Assembly: GCA_015067585.1 (NCBI GenBank)
Contig: SVMC01000001.1
Location: 33,876-97,875 of the forward strand
From: Oscillospiraceae bacterium
GTDB taxonomy: Bacteria > Bacillota > Clostridia > Oscillospirales > Oscillospiraceae
Direction: 5' to 3'
Length of the DNA stretch: 64,000 nucleotides
This document shows positions 9,334 through 19,486 of this stretch, in pieces. Position 1 is the stretch's first letter. Each line of letters opens with the position of its first letter. Under the pieces are notes generated by a model, which saw nothing but the letters and a program-made list of their open reading frames with translations, was not told the origin of the DNA and made no database searches. Position numbers and translations under genes: made by a program.

Positions 9334-10587
9334 TTATACGCCTTCGTACAGGGGGTACTTTTCGCACAGGGCGGAAACGGCGGCGAGGATGTCCTTCTGG
9401 CTGGCTTCGTAGTCGAAGACGGTGCGGCAGATGAGGCCGCCCAGGATCTTGATGTCCTCTTCCTTGAGGCCACGGGTGGTGACAGCGGGAGTGCCAACGC
9501 GGATGCCGGAGGTTTCGCGGGGGCTGCGGGTGTCGCCGGGCACCATGTTCTTGTTGACGGTGATGCGGACGCTGTCCAGACGCTCTTCCAGCTCACGGCC
9601 GCTGATGGCCTGATTTCTCAGGTCGAGGAGGAGCAGATGGTTGTCGGTGCCGCCGGAGACCAGATCGACACCGCCGGAGAGCAGGCTTTCGCCCAGAACC
9701 TTGGCATTGCGGACCACCTGTGCCTGATATTCGGCAAATTCGGGCTTGAGAGCTTCGCCCAGCGCAACGGCCTTGGCTGCGATGATGTGCATGAGGGGGC
9801 CGCCCTGGGAGCCGGGGAATACGGCGCTGTTGACCTTCTTGGCGATGGCTGCATCGTTGGAGAGGATGATGCCGCCGCGGGGACCGCGGAGGGTCTTGTG
9901 GGTGGTGGTGGCTACCACATCGGCATAGGGCATGGGGGACATATGCTGGCCGCCTGCCACGAGGCCTGCGATATGGGCCATATCCACAAACAGGTAAGCG
10001 CCCACTTCATCGGCGATCTCACGGAAGATCTTGAAGTCGATGGCACGGGGATAAGCGGAAGCGCCTGCAATGATCATCTTGGGATGATTTTCCAGTGCCT
10101 GTCTGCGGACATCTTCATAGTCGATCATGCCGGTCTGCTCGTTGACGCGGTAGGATACGATATTATAGAGCTTGCCGGAGAAGGAAACGGGGCTGCCGTG
10201 GGTCAGGTGGCCGCCGTTGGCAAGGTCCATACCCAGAACGGTGTCGCCGGGCTTGCACAGAGCCATGTAGACGGCGCAGTTGGCCTGAGAGCCGCTGTGG
10301 GCCTGGACATTGGCAAAGTTTGCGCCAAAGAGGGCCTTAGCACGCTCGATGCAGATGTTCTCCGCAATGTCAACATGTTCGCAGCCGCCGTAGTAACGGC
10401 GTCCGGGATAACCTTCGGCATATTTATTGGTCAGGACAGAACTCATGGCAGCCATGACCGCGGGGCTGACCAGATTTTCGGATGCGATCAGCTCTAAATT
10501 ATTGCGCTGACGCATGAGTTCAAGATTGATGACCTCTGCGATATCGGGGTCCTGTGCAGCAACGAGACGGATGGCTTCTTCTACCAT
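9334..10587 (-). CDS. glyA: Serine hydroxymethyltransferase
   Basis: 417 aa. Carries [26 protein letters not shown] and [11 protein letters not shown] motifs. Confidence 0.97.
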   Translation of the reverse strand: MVEEAIRLVAAQDPDIAEVINLELMRQRNNLELIASENLVSPAVMAAMSSVLTNKYAEGYPGRRYYGGCEHVDIAENICIERAKALFGANFANVQAHSGSQANCAVYMALCKPGDTVLGMDLANGGHLTHGSPVSFSGKLYNIVSYRVNEQTGMIDYEDVRRQALENHPKMIIAGASAYPRAIDFKIFREIADEVGAYLFVDMAHIAGLVAGGQHMSPMPYADVVATTTHKTLRGPRGGIILSNDAAIAKKVNSAVFPGSQGGPLMHIIAAKAVALGEALKPEFAEYQAQVVRNAKVLGESLLSGGVDLVSGGTDNHLLLLDLRNQAISGRELEERLDSVRITVNKNMVPGDTRSPRETSGIRVGTPAVTTRGLKEEDIKILGGLICRTVFDYEASQKDILAAVSALCEKYPLYEGV

Positions 10588-10765
10588 GATTTATTCTCCT
10601 TTATTGCAATAGTTGTCTACATCTTACCATGTTCCGCGATTGGGTGCAATGCCCAATGTTTGACAAAAAATTCGGTATTTTTGCCCAATTCTTTGCCGTT
10701 TCGGGCAGGGGATATTTTGTGGGGCAGGTGCATAGGATTTGGTACGGAATAATCAACAGACCTCA

Positions 10766-10816
10766 CCGTAGGGACAGCCGTCCCCGGCTGTCCGGTAGGG
10801 GTTACGAATTCGCCGG
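10766..10816 (+). repeat. Composite GC-rich intergenic repeat (ccgtagggacagccgtccccggctgtccgg ... cgaattcgccgg)
   Basis: Near-identical to the reverse complement of 63576..63630. Contains the hairpin ggacagccg/cggctgtcc. Confidence 0.85.
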
Positions 10817-10875
10817 AACCTGCATAAAATCGCGGCATTTTCTGCCGGGCGTGCAATGCAAAGGGGGGTAATACT

Positions 10876-11151
10876 ATGGGAAACCGGATTGCGGACTTGC
10901 GGTGCAAGGAAGTGGTGAACATATGCGATGGGGCGCGGCTTGGCTTTGTGTGCGATGTGGAGGTGGAGCTGAACTGCGGGAAGGTGACGGCGCTGCTGGT
11001 GCCGGGGCCGTGCCGTTTTTTGGGCCTGTTCTGGCGGGAATGCGACTATCTCATTCCCTGGAGCTGCATCCGGCGCATCGGGGAGGACATCATTTTGGTG
11101 GATGTGGTGCTGGACAGCGCCAAAACTCCAAGACCCCGCCGCTGGCCGTAA
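10876..11151 (+). CDS. YlmC/YmxH-family (PRC-barrel) sporulation protein
   Basis: 91 aa. Carries L..KEV.N..DG..LG.V.D.E.....G.V.A..VP. Confidence 0.8.
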   Translation: MGNRIADLRCKEVVNICDGARLGFVCDVEVELNCGKVTALLVPGPCRFLGLFWRECDYLIPWSCIRRIGEDIILVDVVLDSAKTPRPRRWP

Positions 11152-11190
11152 AAATTTTTAAAAAAGTTTGCAAAACAGCGATAAAACCTC

Positions 11191-11219
11191 TTGCAAAATG
11201 GGAAAACTTGCGTTATAAT
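11191..11219 (+). promoter_or_regulatory. Sigma-A promoter of rpsB-tsf: TTGCAA, 17-nt spacer, TATAAT
   Basis: Hexamers read directly. A structured leader of about 125 nt precedes the rpsB ATG. Confidence 0.65.
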
Positions 11220-11348
11220 GTACTGCGCTGTGCTATGCACAGACATTCTAAACCACACACCCGAGGATCTTTCCGCTGCGGTGCCGCGAAGCGGTTGGCG
11301 GAGGAAATGACACGGGTGGAGGTAAAAACAAAAAAGGAGATTTTAAAA

Positions 11349-12074
11349 ATGGCAGTTGTATCTATGAAGCAGTTGCTGGAAGCCGGCGTGCACTTCGGTC
11401 ACCAGACCCGCCGCTGGAACCCCAAGATGGCCCAGTACATCTACACGGAGAGAAATGGTATCTATATCATTGACCTGCAGAAGACCGTGAAGAAGCTGGA
11501 AGAAGCTTATTCCTTCATCCGTGAGCTGGCAGCCAACGGCGAGTCCGTTCTGTTCGTCGGCACCAAGAAGCAGGCCCAGGACGCCATCAAGGAAGAGTCC
11601 GAAAAGGTCGGCCAGTTCTATGTCAACGCAAGATGGCTCGGCGGCATGCTGACCAACTTCAAGACCATGCGCACCCGTATCGACCGTCTGGCTCAGCTGA
11701 GAAAGATGGAAGCTGACGGCACCTTCGCTATGCTCCCCAAGAAGGAAGTCATCAAGCATCAGGGCGAGATCGCCAAGCTGGAAAAGTACCTCGGCGGCGT
11801 TAAGGAAATGAAGAGACTTCCCGGCGCTCTGTTCGTTGTCGACCCCCGCAAGGAAAGAAATGCCATCGCTGAAGCTCGCAAGCTGCACATCCCCATCGTC
11901 GCCATCGTTGACACCAACTGCGATCCCGACGAAGTTGACTATGTCATCCCCGGCAACGATGACGCCATCCGCGCCATCCGCCTGATCGCCGCCACCATGG
12001 CCAACGCTGTCACCGAAGGCCGTCAGGGCGAAGTCCTCACCGAGGCTGCTCCCGCCGCTCCCGCTGCGGAATAA
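11349..12074 (+). CDS. rpsB: 30S ribosomal protein S2
   Basis: [36 protein letters not shown]. The track ORF 10902..12074 is an upstream in-frame extension. Confidence 0.97.
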   Translation: MAVVSMKQLLEAGVHFGHQTRRWNPKMAQYIYTERNGIYIIDLQKTVKKLEEAYSFIRELAANGESVLFVGTKKQAQDAIKEESEKVGQFYVNARWLGGMLTNFKTMRTRIDRLAQLRKMEADGTFAMLPKKEVIKHQGEIAKLEKYLGGVKEMKRLPGALFVVDPRKERNAIAEARKLHIPIVAIVDTNCDPDEVDYVIPGNDDAIRAIRLIAATMANAVTEGRQGEVLTEAAPAAPAAE

Positions 12075-12131
12075 TTGATAACCCGTGCCCCAAGGGCACT
12101 TCCAAAAGATCATAATTAGGAGGATATTACC

Positions 12132-13049
12132 ATGGCATTTACTGCTGCTGATGTTAAGAAACTGCGTGAAATGACCAATGTCGGCATGATGGACTGCAAG
12201 AAGGCTCTTGTGGAAAACGACGGCGACATGGACAAGGCTGTTGAATGGCTCCGCGAAAAGGGCCTGGCCAAGGCTGCCAAGAAGGCTACCCGCATCGCTG
12301 CCGAAGGCATGGCTTACGCCACTGTCGAAAACGGTGTTGGTGTTGTTGTTGAAGTCAACATCGAAACCGACTTCGCTTCCAAGACCCCCGTATTCGTTGA
12401 TTTCGTTAAGGAAATCGCCAAGGTCGTCGTGGACAACGCTCCCGCTGACCTGGAAGCTCTCAAGGCTTGCAAGTATCCCGAATCCGAGCTGACCGTTGCT
12501 GAAATGATCCCCGAGAAGGTTATGGTCATCGGCGAAAACCTGCAGGTCCGCCGCTTCGCCCGCTTCAACGAAAACACCTCCGTGTCCTATGTACACGCAG
12601 GCGGCAAGATCGGCGTTCTGGTCAACCTGAAGGTCTCCGAAGGCATCGACGCTACCGTCGTTGGTAAGGACGTTGCCATGCAGATCGCTGCTCTGAACCC
12701 CAGATTCTGGGACAAGAGCGATGTCTCCGAAGCCGTTCTCGACGAAGAGAAGAAGATCCTCGTTGCTCAGATGGACAACGATCCCAAGATGGCTTCCAAG
12801 CCCCAGCAGGTCAAGGAAAAGATCGCTGCTGGCAAGATCAACAAGTTCTACGAAGAAAACTGCCTCCTGCAGCAGGCCTTTGTTAAGGACGGCTCCATGA
12901 GCGTTGCGCAGTATATCGCTTCCAGCGCCAAGGCTCTGGGCGGCACCATCGAATTCGTCGACGCAGTTCGCTTTGAAAAGGGCGAAGGCATCGAAAAGAA
13001 GCAGGAAGACTTCGCTGCCGAAGTCGCTGCACAGATGGCCGGCAAGTAA
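12132..13049 (+). CDS. tsf: Translation elongation factor Ts
   Basis: MAFTAADVKKLREMTNVGMMDCKKAL.ENDGDMDKAVEWLREKG. Confidence 0.97.
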   Translation: MAFTAADVKKLREMTNVGMMDCKKALVENDGDMDKAVEWLREKGLAKAAKKATRIAAEGMAYATVENGVGVVVEVNIETDFASKTPVFVDFVKEIAKVVVDNAPADLEALKACKYPESELTVAEMIPEKVMVIGENLQVRRFARFNENTSVSYVHAGGKIGVLVNLKVSEGIDATVVGKDVAMQIAALNPRFWDKSDVSEAVLDEEKKILVAQMDNDPKMASKPQQVKEKIAAGKINKFYEENCLLQQAFVKDGSMSVAQYIASSAKALGGTIEFVDAVRFEKGEGIEKKQEDFAAEVAAQMAGK

Positions 13050-13062
13050 TTTATCTACAGCT

Positions 13063-13101
13063 ACAGCACGACCGTGGGAAACCGCAGTCGTGCTGTTTTT
13101 T
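13063..13101 (+). terminator. Intrinsic terminator after tsf
   Basis: acagcacgac / gtcgtgctgt stem followed by ttttt. Confidence 0.85.
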
Positions 13102-13254
13102 GCATGGACATTGGAGCACAGTAACTACGGTTCTGCTTTTTGAAAAAATGTAATGTTCTCCTGTTGCATATTTGGCTGCAAGCTGATAAAATAATCAAGT
13201 TGGGCATTTTGAGGCCCGGTGGAATTCCAAAACATAGAAAGAGGAAATGAGAAA

Positions 13255-14445
13255 ATGAAAAAATTTCTGTCCAGCCTTCCTGTGAAGCTGCTGATCGGCA
13301 TTATCATCGGCATCGTTGTGGGTCTTGTGGTAAATGAATCCGTGATGACCGTCATCGTCCCCATCAAGAACATTCTTGGTCAGGTCATCAACTTTGTGGT
13401 TCCCCTGATCGTCATCGGCTTTATTGCTCCTTCCATCACCAAGCTTGGCAACAATGCCTCCAAGCTCCTTGGTGTTGCTCTGCTGATCGCCTATGCTTCC
13501 TCTGTTCTGGCAGCCCTTATGTCCACGGCGGCAGGCTATGCCATCATCCCCATGATGAATACCGCAAAGGAAGCAGCAGAGCTCAAGACCCTGCCCGCTG
13601 ATGTATTCGCCCTGTCCATTCCCCAGATCATGAGCGTCATGTCCGCTCTGGCCTTCTCCGTCCTCATCGGCCTCGCCGCCGTGTGGACCAAGGCAAAGAC
13701 CATCACCAAGATCCTGGACGAATTCAAGGACATCGTTCTGATGATCGTCTCCAAGGTGGTCATTCCCATCCTGCCCTTCTTCATTGCCTGCACCTTCTGC
13801 TGCCTGGCCTATGAGGGCACCATCACCAAGCAGCTTCCCGTCTTCCTCATGGCGGTCGTGATCGTTCTGGTGGGTCACTTCATCTGGATGGCCGTGCTTT
13901 ATCTGATCGCCGGCGCTTATACCAAGACCAACCCCATCGAAGTGGTCAAGCACTACGGCCCCGCCTACATCACTGCGGTGGGCACCATGTCCTCTGCTGC
14001 CACTCTGGCTGTGGCTCTGCGCTGCGCCCATAAGTCCAAGACCCTCCGTGAGGATATGGTGGACTTCGGCGTTCCCCTCTTTGCCAACATCCATCTGTGC
14101 GGCAGCGTCCTGACCGAGACCTTCTTTGTCATGATCGTTTCCGTCATCCTCTATGGCAAGCTGCCCAGCGTCGGCACCATGGTGCTGTTCTGTGTCCTGC
14201 TGGCCGTCTTTGCCATCGGCGCTCCCGGCGTTCCCGGCGGCACCGTTATGGCCTCCCTGGGTATCGTCACCAGCGTTCTGGGCTTCGGCAACGAAGGTAC
14301 CGCCCTGCTCCTTGCCATCTTTGCCATTCAGGACTCCTTCGGCACCGCCTGCAACGTCACCGGCGACGGCGCCCTCACCCTGATCCTCACCGGCTTCTGC
14401 AAGAAGCACAACATCGAAAAGCAGAACCTGTCTATCGACCTGTAA
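13255..14445 (+). CDS. Dicarboxylate/amino acid:cation symporter (DAACS) family transporter, SstT-like
   Basis: Polytopic. The C-terminal region has GAPGVPGG and NVTGDG-like motifs. The ATG at 13255 with a GAAAGAGGAAA RBS is preferred over the GTG at 13219. Confidence 0.85.
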   Translation: MKKFLSSLPVKLLIGIIIGIVVGLVVNESVMTVIVPIKNILGQVINFVVPLIVIGFIAPSITKLGNNASKLLGVALLIAYASSVLAALMSTAAGYAIIPMMNTAKEAAELKTLPADVFALSIPQIMSVMSALAFSVLIGLAAVWTKAKTITKILDEFKDIVLMIVSKVVIPILPFFIACTFCCLAYEGTITKQLPVFLMAVVIVLVGHFIWMAVLYLIAGAYTKTNPIEVVKHYGPAYITAVGTMSSAATLAVALRCAHKSKTLREDMVDFGVPLFANIHLCGSVLTETFFVMIVSVILYGKLPSVGTMVLFCVLLAVFAIGAPGVPGGTVMASLGIVTSVLGFGNEGTALLLAIFAIQDSFGTACNVTGDGALTLILTGFCKKHNIEKQNLSIDL

Positions 14446-14459
14446 TTGAGACAAATAGT

Positions 14460-14491
14460 CACCCCTGTCCGCCGGACAGGGGTGCTTTTTT
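14460..14491 (+). terminator. Intrinsic terminator
   Basis: cacccctgtcc / ggacaggggtg stem followed by ctttttt. Confidence 0.85.
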
Positions 14492-14492
14492 G

Positions 14493-14573
14493 GAAAAATG
14501 CCGCAAACAGGCAGCATAAAGTCCAGAAAAATGTCGCAAGAGGTCGCCGAAAACCTCGGAAAAATGTCACCAA
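14493..14573 (+). promoter_or_regulatory. Three direct repeats GAAAAATG(C/T)C(G/A)C at exact 33-bp phasing, abutting a TTGACA box (14578-14583)
   Basis: Repeat starts are at 14493, 14526 and 14559, read directly. They sit upstream of the 14658 gene. Confidence 0.5.
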
Positions 14574-14657
14574 GCATTTGACAAAGGGCGGGCATCGTGT
14601 TACGGTAGATTTAACAGAATCCAACGGAAGGAATTGCGGAAGGAATAGGAGAACACC

Positions 14658-15437
14658 ATGGTTTTTAATAATGAGATCAACCGGCTGAAGCTTTGGTGCG
14701 GAAATCGGGCGGAGGAGTATCTGCCGACGCAGGGAAGCTATGGCGGCATTGCTTCAGTGGGTTACCATTTGATGTATGACCTGATATTTAAGCTCTCAAC
14801 CTTGATGGATCGTCCGTTTGAGAGCAAGGCTGCCTTTCGGGAAGCGATTTTGGGGATGCTGGACATCCATTATGAACCATGCATTCTGGAGCCGCAGAAC
14901 AATACGGCGCGGCATATGATTGAGAAAACAAACCGTGGGTTTTGCGCGTATCTGGATGAGGTGCTTTCAGAGCCGGGTATATCTGGCCCTGTGGAAATCC
15001 CCTACCGCCGCGTGATCGTTGGCGATGAGGCAAAGGGGCTGATCGAAAAATTCCGGACGGTGTGGGGATATGTGAATACATGCTGTTGGTTCCCGCTGAT
15101 GGGAAATGAGCCGGAAGAGATCAAGGATAAGTTTTATATCATGTACGATTATCTCGAACCCTATCATAAGGAACTGGAAAAACTGCTTGGCTTACCCCAG
15201 ACCCACATTTACTCCTACGGAGAAACGGTATTTTACCCAGAGCATTGCGAAGAAGTGGTGGAAATGGTCGAATACGGAGGCTGCGAAAGCATCTATACGG
15301 ACAAGGACTTTTCCTGGGCCGTCTATTTTTCCCATGAAGATACCGTCGCATTTGCAGGTTCCATCGTTCCAAAGGTGAAGGAGCTTCTGTGGGCAGAGCA
15401 AGAGCACTGGGACAAGTTTGAGTGGGGCATTGACTGA
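14658..15437 (+). CDS. Hypothetical protein (259 aa), no recognised family
   Basis: GGAG-type RBS (aggaataggagaacacc ATG). Terminators flank it on both sides. It looks less GC-rich than its neighbours. Confidence 0.6.
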   Translation: MVFNNEINRLKLWCGNRAEEYLPTQGSYGGIASVGYHLMYDLIFKLSTLMDRPFESKAAFREAILGMLDIHYEPCILEPQNNTARHMIEKTNRGFCAYLDEVLSEPGISGPVEIPYRRVIVGDEAKGLIEKFRTVWGYVNTCCWFPLMGNEPEEIKDKFYIMYDYLEPYHKELEKLLGLPQTHIYSYGETVFYPEHCEEVVEMVEYGGCESIYTDKDFSWAVYFSHEDTVAFAGSIVPKVKELLWAEQEHWDKFEWGID

Positions 15438-15448
15438 TTGCGCAGAGG

Positions 15449-15496
15449 CAAACGAAAGCCTGGCTTGAAATCATTTCAAGTCAGGCTTTCGTTTGG
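15449..15496. terminator. Long bidirectional hairpin between convergent genes
   Basis: caaacgaaagcctggcttgaaa / tttcaagtcaggctttcgtttg, with one mismatch. Confidence 0.7.
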
Positions 15497-15516
15497 TGTC
15501 TTATGAAAAAATATTA

Positions 15517-16791
15517 TTACGCCTTCGGTGTATTCAGGGTTCTGGCGCTGGTGCGGCCTTCGGGACGGATCTCGCCCACCTTCATGAGGGAACGCCTGGT
15601 CAGTGCGGGGCCAACCAGTTCGTAGATCAGCACTGCGAACAGCACCACATTCCGGGTCAGGTCGCCGCCGGGCAGGGTAGCGGCGGTGATGGCCATGCCC
15701 AGTGCCACGCCTGCCTGGGGAAGCAGGGTGATGCCCAGATTCCGGGTGATGGGCTTGGACTGACGGGTGATACGGCAGCTCAGATCGGAACCGTAGTATT
15801 TGCCCAGAGAACGGGCGATGATATAGATCACGCCGACGATTAGGGTCATGGGCTGGGACAGCACATTCAGATCCAGTTCCGCACCGGAAATGACGAAAAA
15901 CAGCACATTCAGCGGCATGGTCCAGCCATCGATACGGGACATGAGTTCTTCCGAGGTGTCGCAGATGTTGCAGAAGATGGTGCCGGTCATCATGCAGGAG
16001 AGCAGCAGAGAGAAGCCGCAGTGCACCGGGCCGACATGGAATTTCAGGGTGGACAGGCCAACGGTCAGCAGGACAAAGCCCACGGAGATGGTCAGACGCT
16101 TACTGCGGGAGTGGAACATATGCTCCACCGCGTTCAGAAGCCAGCCCATGATACTGCCCAGTGCCAGAGACAGCACAATTTCAACAATGGGTTCCACCAC
16201 CACAGCCAGCACACTGGCCTGACCCTCGGACAGGGCTGTGGCAATGCCGAAGGAGGCAGAGAACAGCACAAGGCCCACCGCGTCATCAATGGCCACCACC
16301 AGCATCAGGAGTCGGGTCAGAGGACCGTCGGCCTTATACTGTCGAACCACCATCAGAGTTGCCGCCGGGGCAGTGGCGGAGGCAATGGCGCCCAGCACGA
16401 TGGCACAGGGCAGGGACAGCACATTGGGGAAGCAGAAATGCAGGGCGATCAGCACGATGTCCACCAGAACGGTGGTGAATACCGCCTGGAAAATGCCGAT
16501 GGTGATGGCCTTGGCACCGGTGGCCTTCAGCTGGCTGAGGCGGAACTCGTTGCCGATGGTGAAGGCGATGAAGCCCAGGGCGGTTTGGGTGATGATGCTG
16601 AGGGTCTCCACCTGATGGAGGGAGTTGAAACCAAAACCCGGCAGCTGCAGTGCGCCGAGGCAGAAGGGGCCAAGCAGCAGACCCGCCACCAGATAGGCGG
16701 TGACCGCAGGCAGGTTGACGAGCTTTGTAAGTCTGGAAAGCAAAAGCCCTCCCACCATGGCGAGGGCGAGACAGATCAGATAGGTTGCCAT
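15517..16791 (-). CDS. Cation:proton antiporter (CPA family, Na+/H+ exchanger-type)
   Basis: 424 aa and polytopic. The N-terminus L.R......LP.V.AYL.AGLLLGP is typical of Na_H_Exchanger proteins. Confidence 0.85.
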   Translation of the reverse strand: MATYLICLALAMVGGLLLSRLTKLVNLPAVTAYLVAGLLLGPFCLGALQLPGFGFNSLHQVETLSIITQTALGFIAFTIGNEFRLSQLKATGAKAITIGIFQAVFTTVLVDIVLIALHFCFPNVLSLPCAIVLGAIASATAPAATLMVVRQYKADGPLTRLLMLVVAIDDAVGLVLFSASFGIATALSEGQASVLAVVVEPIVEIVLSLALGSIMGWLLNAVEHMFHSRSKRLTISVGFVLLTVGLSTLKFHVGPVHCGFSLLLSCMMTGTIFCNICDTSEELMSRIDGWTMPLNVLFFVISGAELDLNVLSQPMTLIVGVIYIIARSLGKYYGSDLSCRITRQSKPITRNLGITLLPQAGVALGMAITAATLPGGDLTRNVVLFAVLIYELVGPALTRRSLMKVGEIRPEGRTSARTLNTPKA

Positions 16792-17051
16792 TGCAGTGAT
16801 TCCTTCTCTTCGTTAAAATAATCGGCGGAGTGGGCCAAAAGACACATTCTGCACCGATTTCGGCCTGTATCATAGCACTTTCGCCGCCTTACCGCAAGAG
16901 CAATACCCGCCAAAGAATGGCCTTTTTTCCCGGATTCTTTGGTGAAATTTGAGCCTTACCAAATACAGCTTTGTCCGGGATACGCAAAGAAACAGAAAAA
17001 CGGAATCCACTGCCGCACTGCGGAACAAAGGATATATAAAATGATTAAAAT

Positions 17052-17096
17052 AATACGAAAACGGGTCTTCGCTTTGGGATGCAAGCGAAGACCCGT
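17052..17096 (-). terminator. Intrinsic terminator downstream of the phosphatase gene
   Basis: acgggtcttcgctt / aagcgaagacccgt stem, with a U-rich tract on the minus strand. Confidence 0.75.
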
Positions 17097-17120
17097 AATA
17101 TTTTTGTGCGCTTTGCAGGC

Positions 17121-18542
17121 TTATTGCTCCAGAAGGATGGCGCGAATGGAGGCGATCTCCTCCTCGCTCACGCCGACATCAGTGGTCAGGAAGCTTACGA
17201 TTTTTTCCTGCAGCGTATCTCCCTCATAGGGCTGCAGACCGTCGATGACGGCCTCCATGTACACAGCGTCCACAAGGTCCGGATGGGAGAAGGCGGAGCG
17301 GCGGTATTCCAGCAGCATATCCTCCTCTGACAGATTCAGTACACCCTGCAGCAGGAAGATGATGGTTCCGGTGCGATCTCTGCCCCAGGTGCAGTGCATA
17401 TACATGGGGTAATGCTCCGGTTCTGCCAGATCGCGGAAGATCTCACGAAGCGCCGGCTGGTAGGAGGTGTTGAAGATCTGGCCGTATTGGGGCGCGTCAT
17501 AAAAACGATGGTCCACATCCCGGCCCAGCCGGGATTGATAATCCCCGCTGTAAACAGAGGGGCTGCGCAGGTCAAAATCGTATACAAAGCCAAAGGTGCT
17601 TTGCACGGCGGAGATATCATCGTCGGGAAGCAGATAGGATTCTTTGGTCAGGCCATCCAGCTCAGTACCACGGATCAGAAGATCCTGCCTTATGGTGTGG
17701 CCATCCTGCGTCACATAGCCGCCGATGTCCCGGGTGTTTTCCGTTCCCGGGATGGAAAGGAAGCGGGTAGAGGGGGCGGTTTGGAAGGTGCCGGGATAGT
17801 CGGTCCCGTTGGCGGTTACTTTATAATAATAGCTTGTGCCGGGTTTTAGGTTGTCCACAAGGATCTGGCCGGTGCCTTCCTCCAGAATGTATTCCTTTGC
17901 GCCGGTCAGCTCCGGTGTTTCGCTCAGAAGCAAAATGCCGTCTGTACCTTCAAGCGCGTATGCAAAGGCAAAGGGGCGATAGGGATCGCCTGCCCCCACG
18001 GCTGCTGCAATCGAACCTTCGTGATCGTAAAGCTCCTTGGCGGCATCGGAGCAAAGAAGAACTTCCTCTTCAAAATCGGGAAGAACGACCTGTACTGTCT
18101 GGGAACCTTCCTGTGCGGCGGGTTCTTCCCGGACGGGGGGCTGCTCATCAATGCGGCTTTCGAGGTAGTATACCACCAGAATCAAAAGAATGCAGGCAAG
18201 CACTGCTCCAATGATCCTGAGGATGCCCTTTTTTGAAATGCGGGTCCTGACCCGAGGACTTTTCTTACCTTTTCTGGTTTTCTTCAGTTTGCGCTTTTTC
18301 GGGCGGATGAAAGAACCTTTGACCAGTTTGTAGTCATCACCAAAGGTATAGGTGCCCCGCTCCAGAATGCCGTTGCCCATTTCGCTGTGGACAATGTGCT
18401 GTCCCTTGACTGCGTGCCCGCCGGAACTGATATAATAGATATCGCCGTCGATCTCGACGGCGCCGGCATGTACCCGGTGCCCGTCTTTGTAGTAGATCAG
18501 GCTGTCATTTTCAAAGAAAAGGCCGTTTTTCATTGGATGCAT
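17121..18542 (-). CDS. Membrane-anchored protein-tyrosine phosphatase-like protein (Y_phosphatase3-type, CX5R motif) with N-terminal wall-binding-like repeats
   Basis: The active-site signature is HCTWGRDRTG. One TM segment follows a K/R-rich stretch. The start is ambiguous: TTG at 18548, ATG at 18542 or ATG at 18533. Confidence 0.75.
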   Translation of the reverse strand: MHPMKNGLFFENDSLIYYKDGHRVHAGAVEIDGDIYYISSGGHAVKGQHIVHSEMGNGILERGTYTFGDDYKLVKGSFIRPKKRKLKKTRKGKKSPRVRTRISKKGILRIIGAVLACILLILVVYYLESRIDEQPPVREEPAAQEGSQTVQVVLPDFEEEVLLCSDAAKELYDHEGSIAAAVGAGDPYRPFAFAYALEGTDGILLLSETPELTGAKEYILEEGTGQILVDNLKPGTSYYYKVTANGTDYPGTFQTAPSTRFLSIPGTENTRDIGGYVTQDGHTIRQDLLIRGTELDGLTKESYLLPDDDISAVQSTFGFVYDFDLRSPSVYSGDYQSRLGRDVDHRFYDAPQYGQIFNTSYQPALREIFRDLAEPEHYPMYMHCTWGRDRTGTIIFLLQGVLNLSEEDMLLEYRRSAFSHPDLVDAVYMEAVIDGLQPYEGDTLQEKIVSFLTTDVGVSEEEIASIRAILLEQ

Positions 18543-18608
18543 CTCCAAGTCTCCATAAAGTAAATATAATTATAGCATAATTGATTGGAGACAGCAATGA
18601 AAACAAAG

Positions 18609-19361
18609 CTATTTCTCTGATATTTTGTTAAATTCTGAAAGATAGCCTGCGGTAATTACGCCGGAGGGCAGGGCGATCACTGCCACGCCCAGCACGGAGG
18701 AGAGCATGGTGATCAGCTTGCCAACGGCGGTCACGGGATAGAAGTCACCGTAGCCGATGGTTGTGAGGGAGATGGTTGCCCAGTAAAGGGCATCGAGGAA
18801 GGTAGGGAAGGTAGCAGACTCCACATTATACATGATCAACGCAGCTACGAATACATAGCCCACTGCCATAATGCCCACCGCTGCCAGCACACTGCGCTGC
18901 TCCTTCAGAACCCGGGCGATGATCTCAAAGTTTTTAGAATAGCGGAAGACTTTGAAAATACGCAGCACCCGGAAACCACGGAACAGGCGCAGAAGTCTGA
19001 GAATATCAAAGGCCTGAAGCAGCGGGATCAGGCGGATCAAACCAAGGGCATTGGCGATCAGCAGCACGGCGGGCAGCATGGACAAAAGATCAACGATTGC
19101 GATGGGGGTGAAGGGATAGAGGAGGAACGAGGCGGCGGCCTTCTTCAGCTTCAGATCCGCAGTGATCAGCCGCAGGAAATAGTCTGAAAGGAAGATCAGC
19201 GCTGTCACACAGTCGATCCAGAGCAGCAACGGCGTCACCGTTCTTACGGTCAGGGGGATGAGGCTCACAAGAATTGTGCAGAGCATCCCAATGTCATAAG
19301 CCCGGCTGAGCCTGCTGCCGTTCTTCCCCGGCTCAATGATTTCATAGATCCACTTTCTCAT
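18609..19361 (-). CDS. Voltage-gated-type potassium channel (6TM, TTIGYGD filter)
   Basis: Selectivity filter TTIGYGDFYP. S4-like segment LRLLRLFRGFRVLRIFKVFR. Confidence 0.85.
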   Translation of the reverse strand: MRKWIYEIIEPGKNGSRLSRAYDIGMLCTILVSLIPLTVRTVTPLLLWIDCVTALIFLSDYFLRLITADLKLKKAAASFLLYPFTPIAIVDLLSMLPAVLLIANALGLIRLIPLLQAFDILRLLRLFRGFRVLRIFKVFRYSKNFEIIARVLKEQRSVLAAVGIMAVGYVFVAALIMYNVESATFPTFLDALYWATISLTTIGYGDFYPVTAVGKLITMLSSVLGVAVIALPSGVITAGYLSEFNKISEK

Positions 19362-19486
19362 AATACACCAACTCGCAGATTATTTTTCATCATCATAGCG
19401 AAAAATGAAGAAAAAAGCAATGTCTTACCGCCCAAAATCTCTGTCTAAAACCAAAAGCCGAACTTGGGGTTCGGCTAAATGTATAT

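Noticed and set aside
10902-11348. N-terminal 149-aa extension of the rpsB ORF.
   Set aside because: The extension overlaps ylmC and the rpsB promoter and leader. The S2 homology begins at the ATG at 11349, which has its own RBS.
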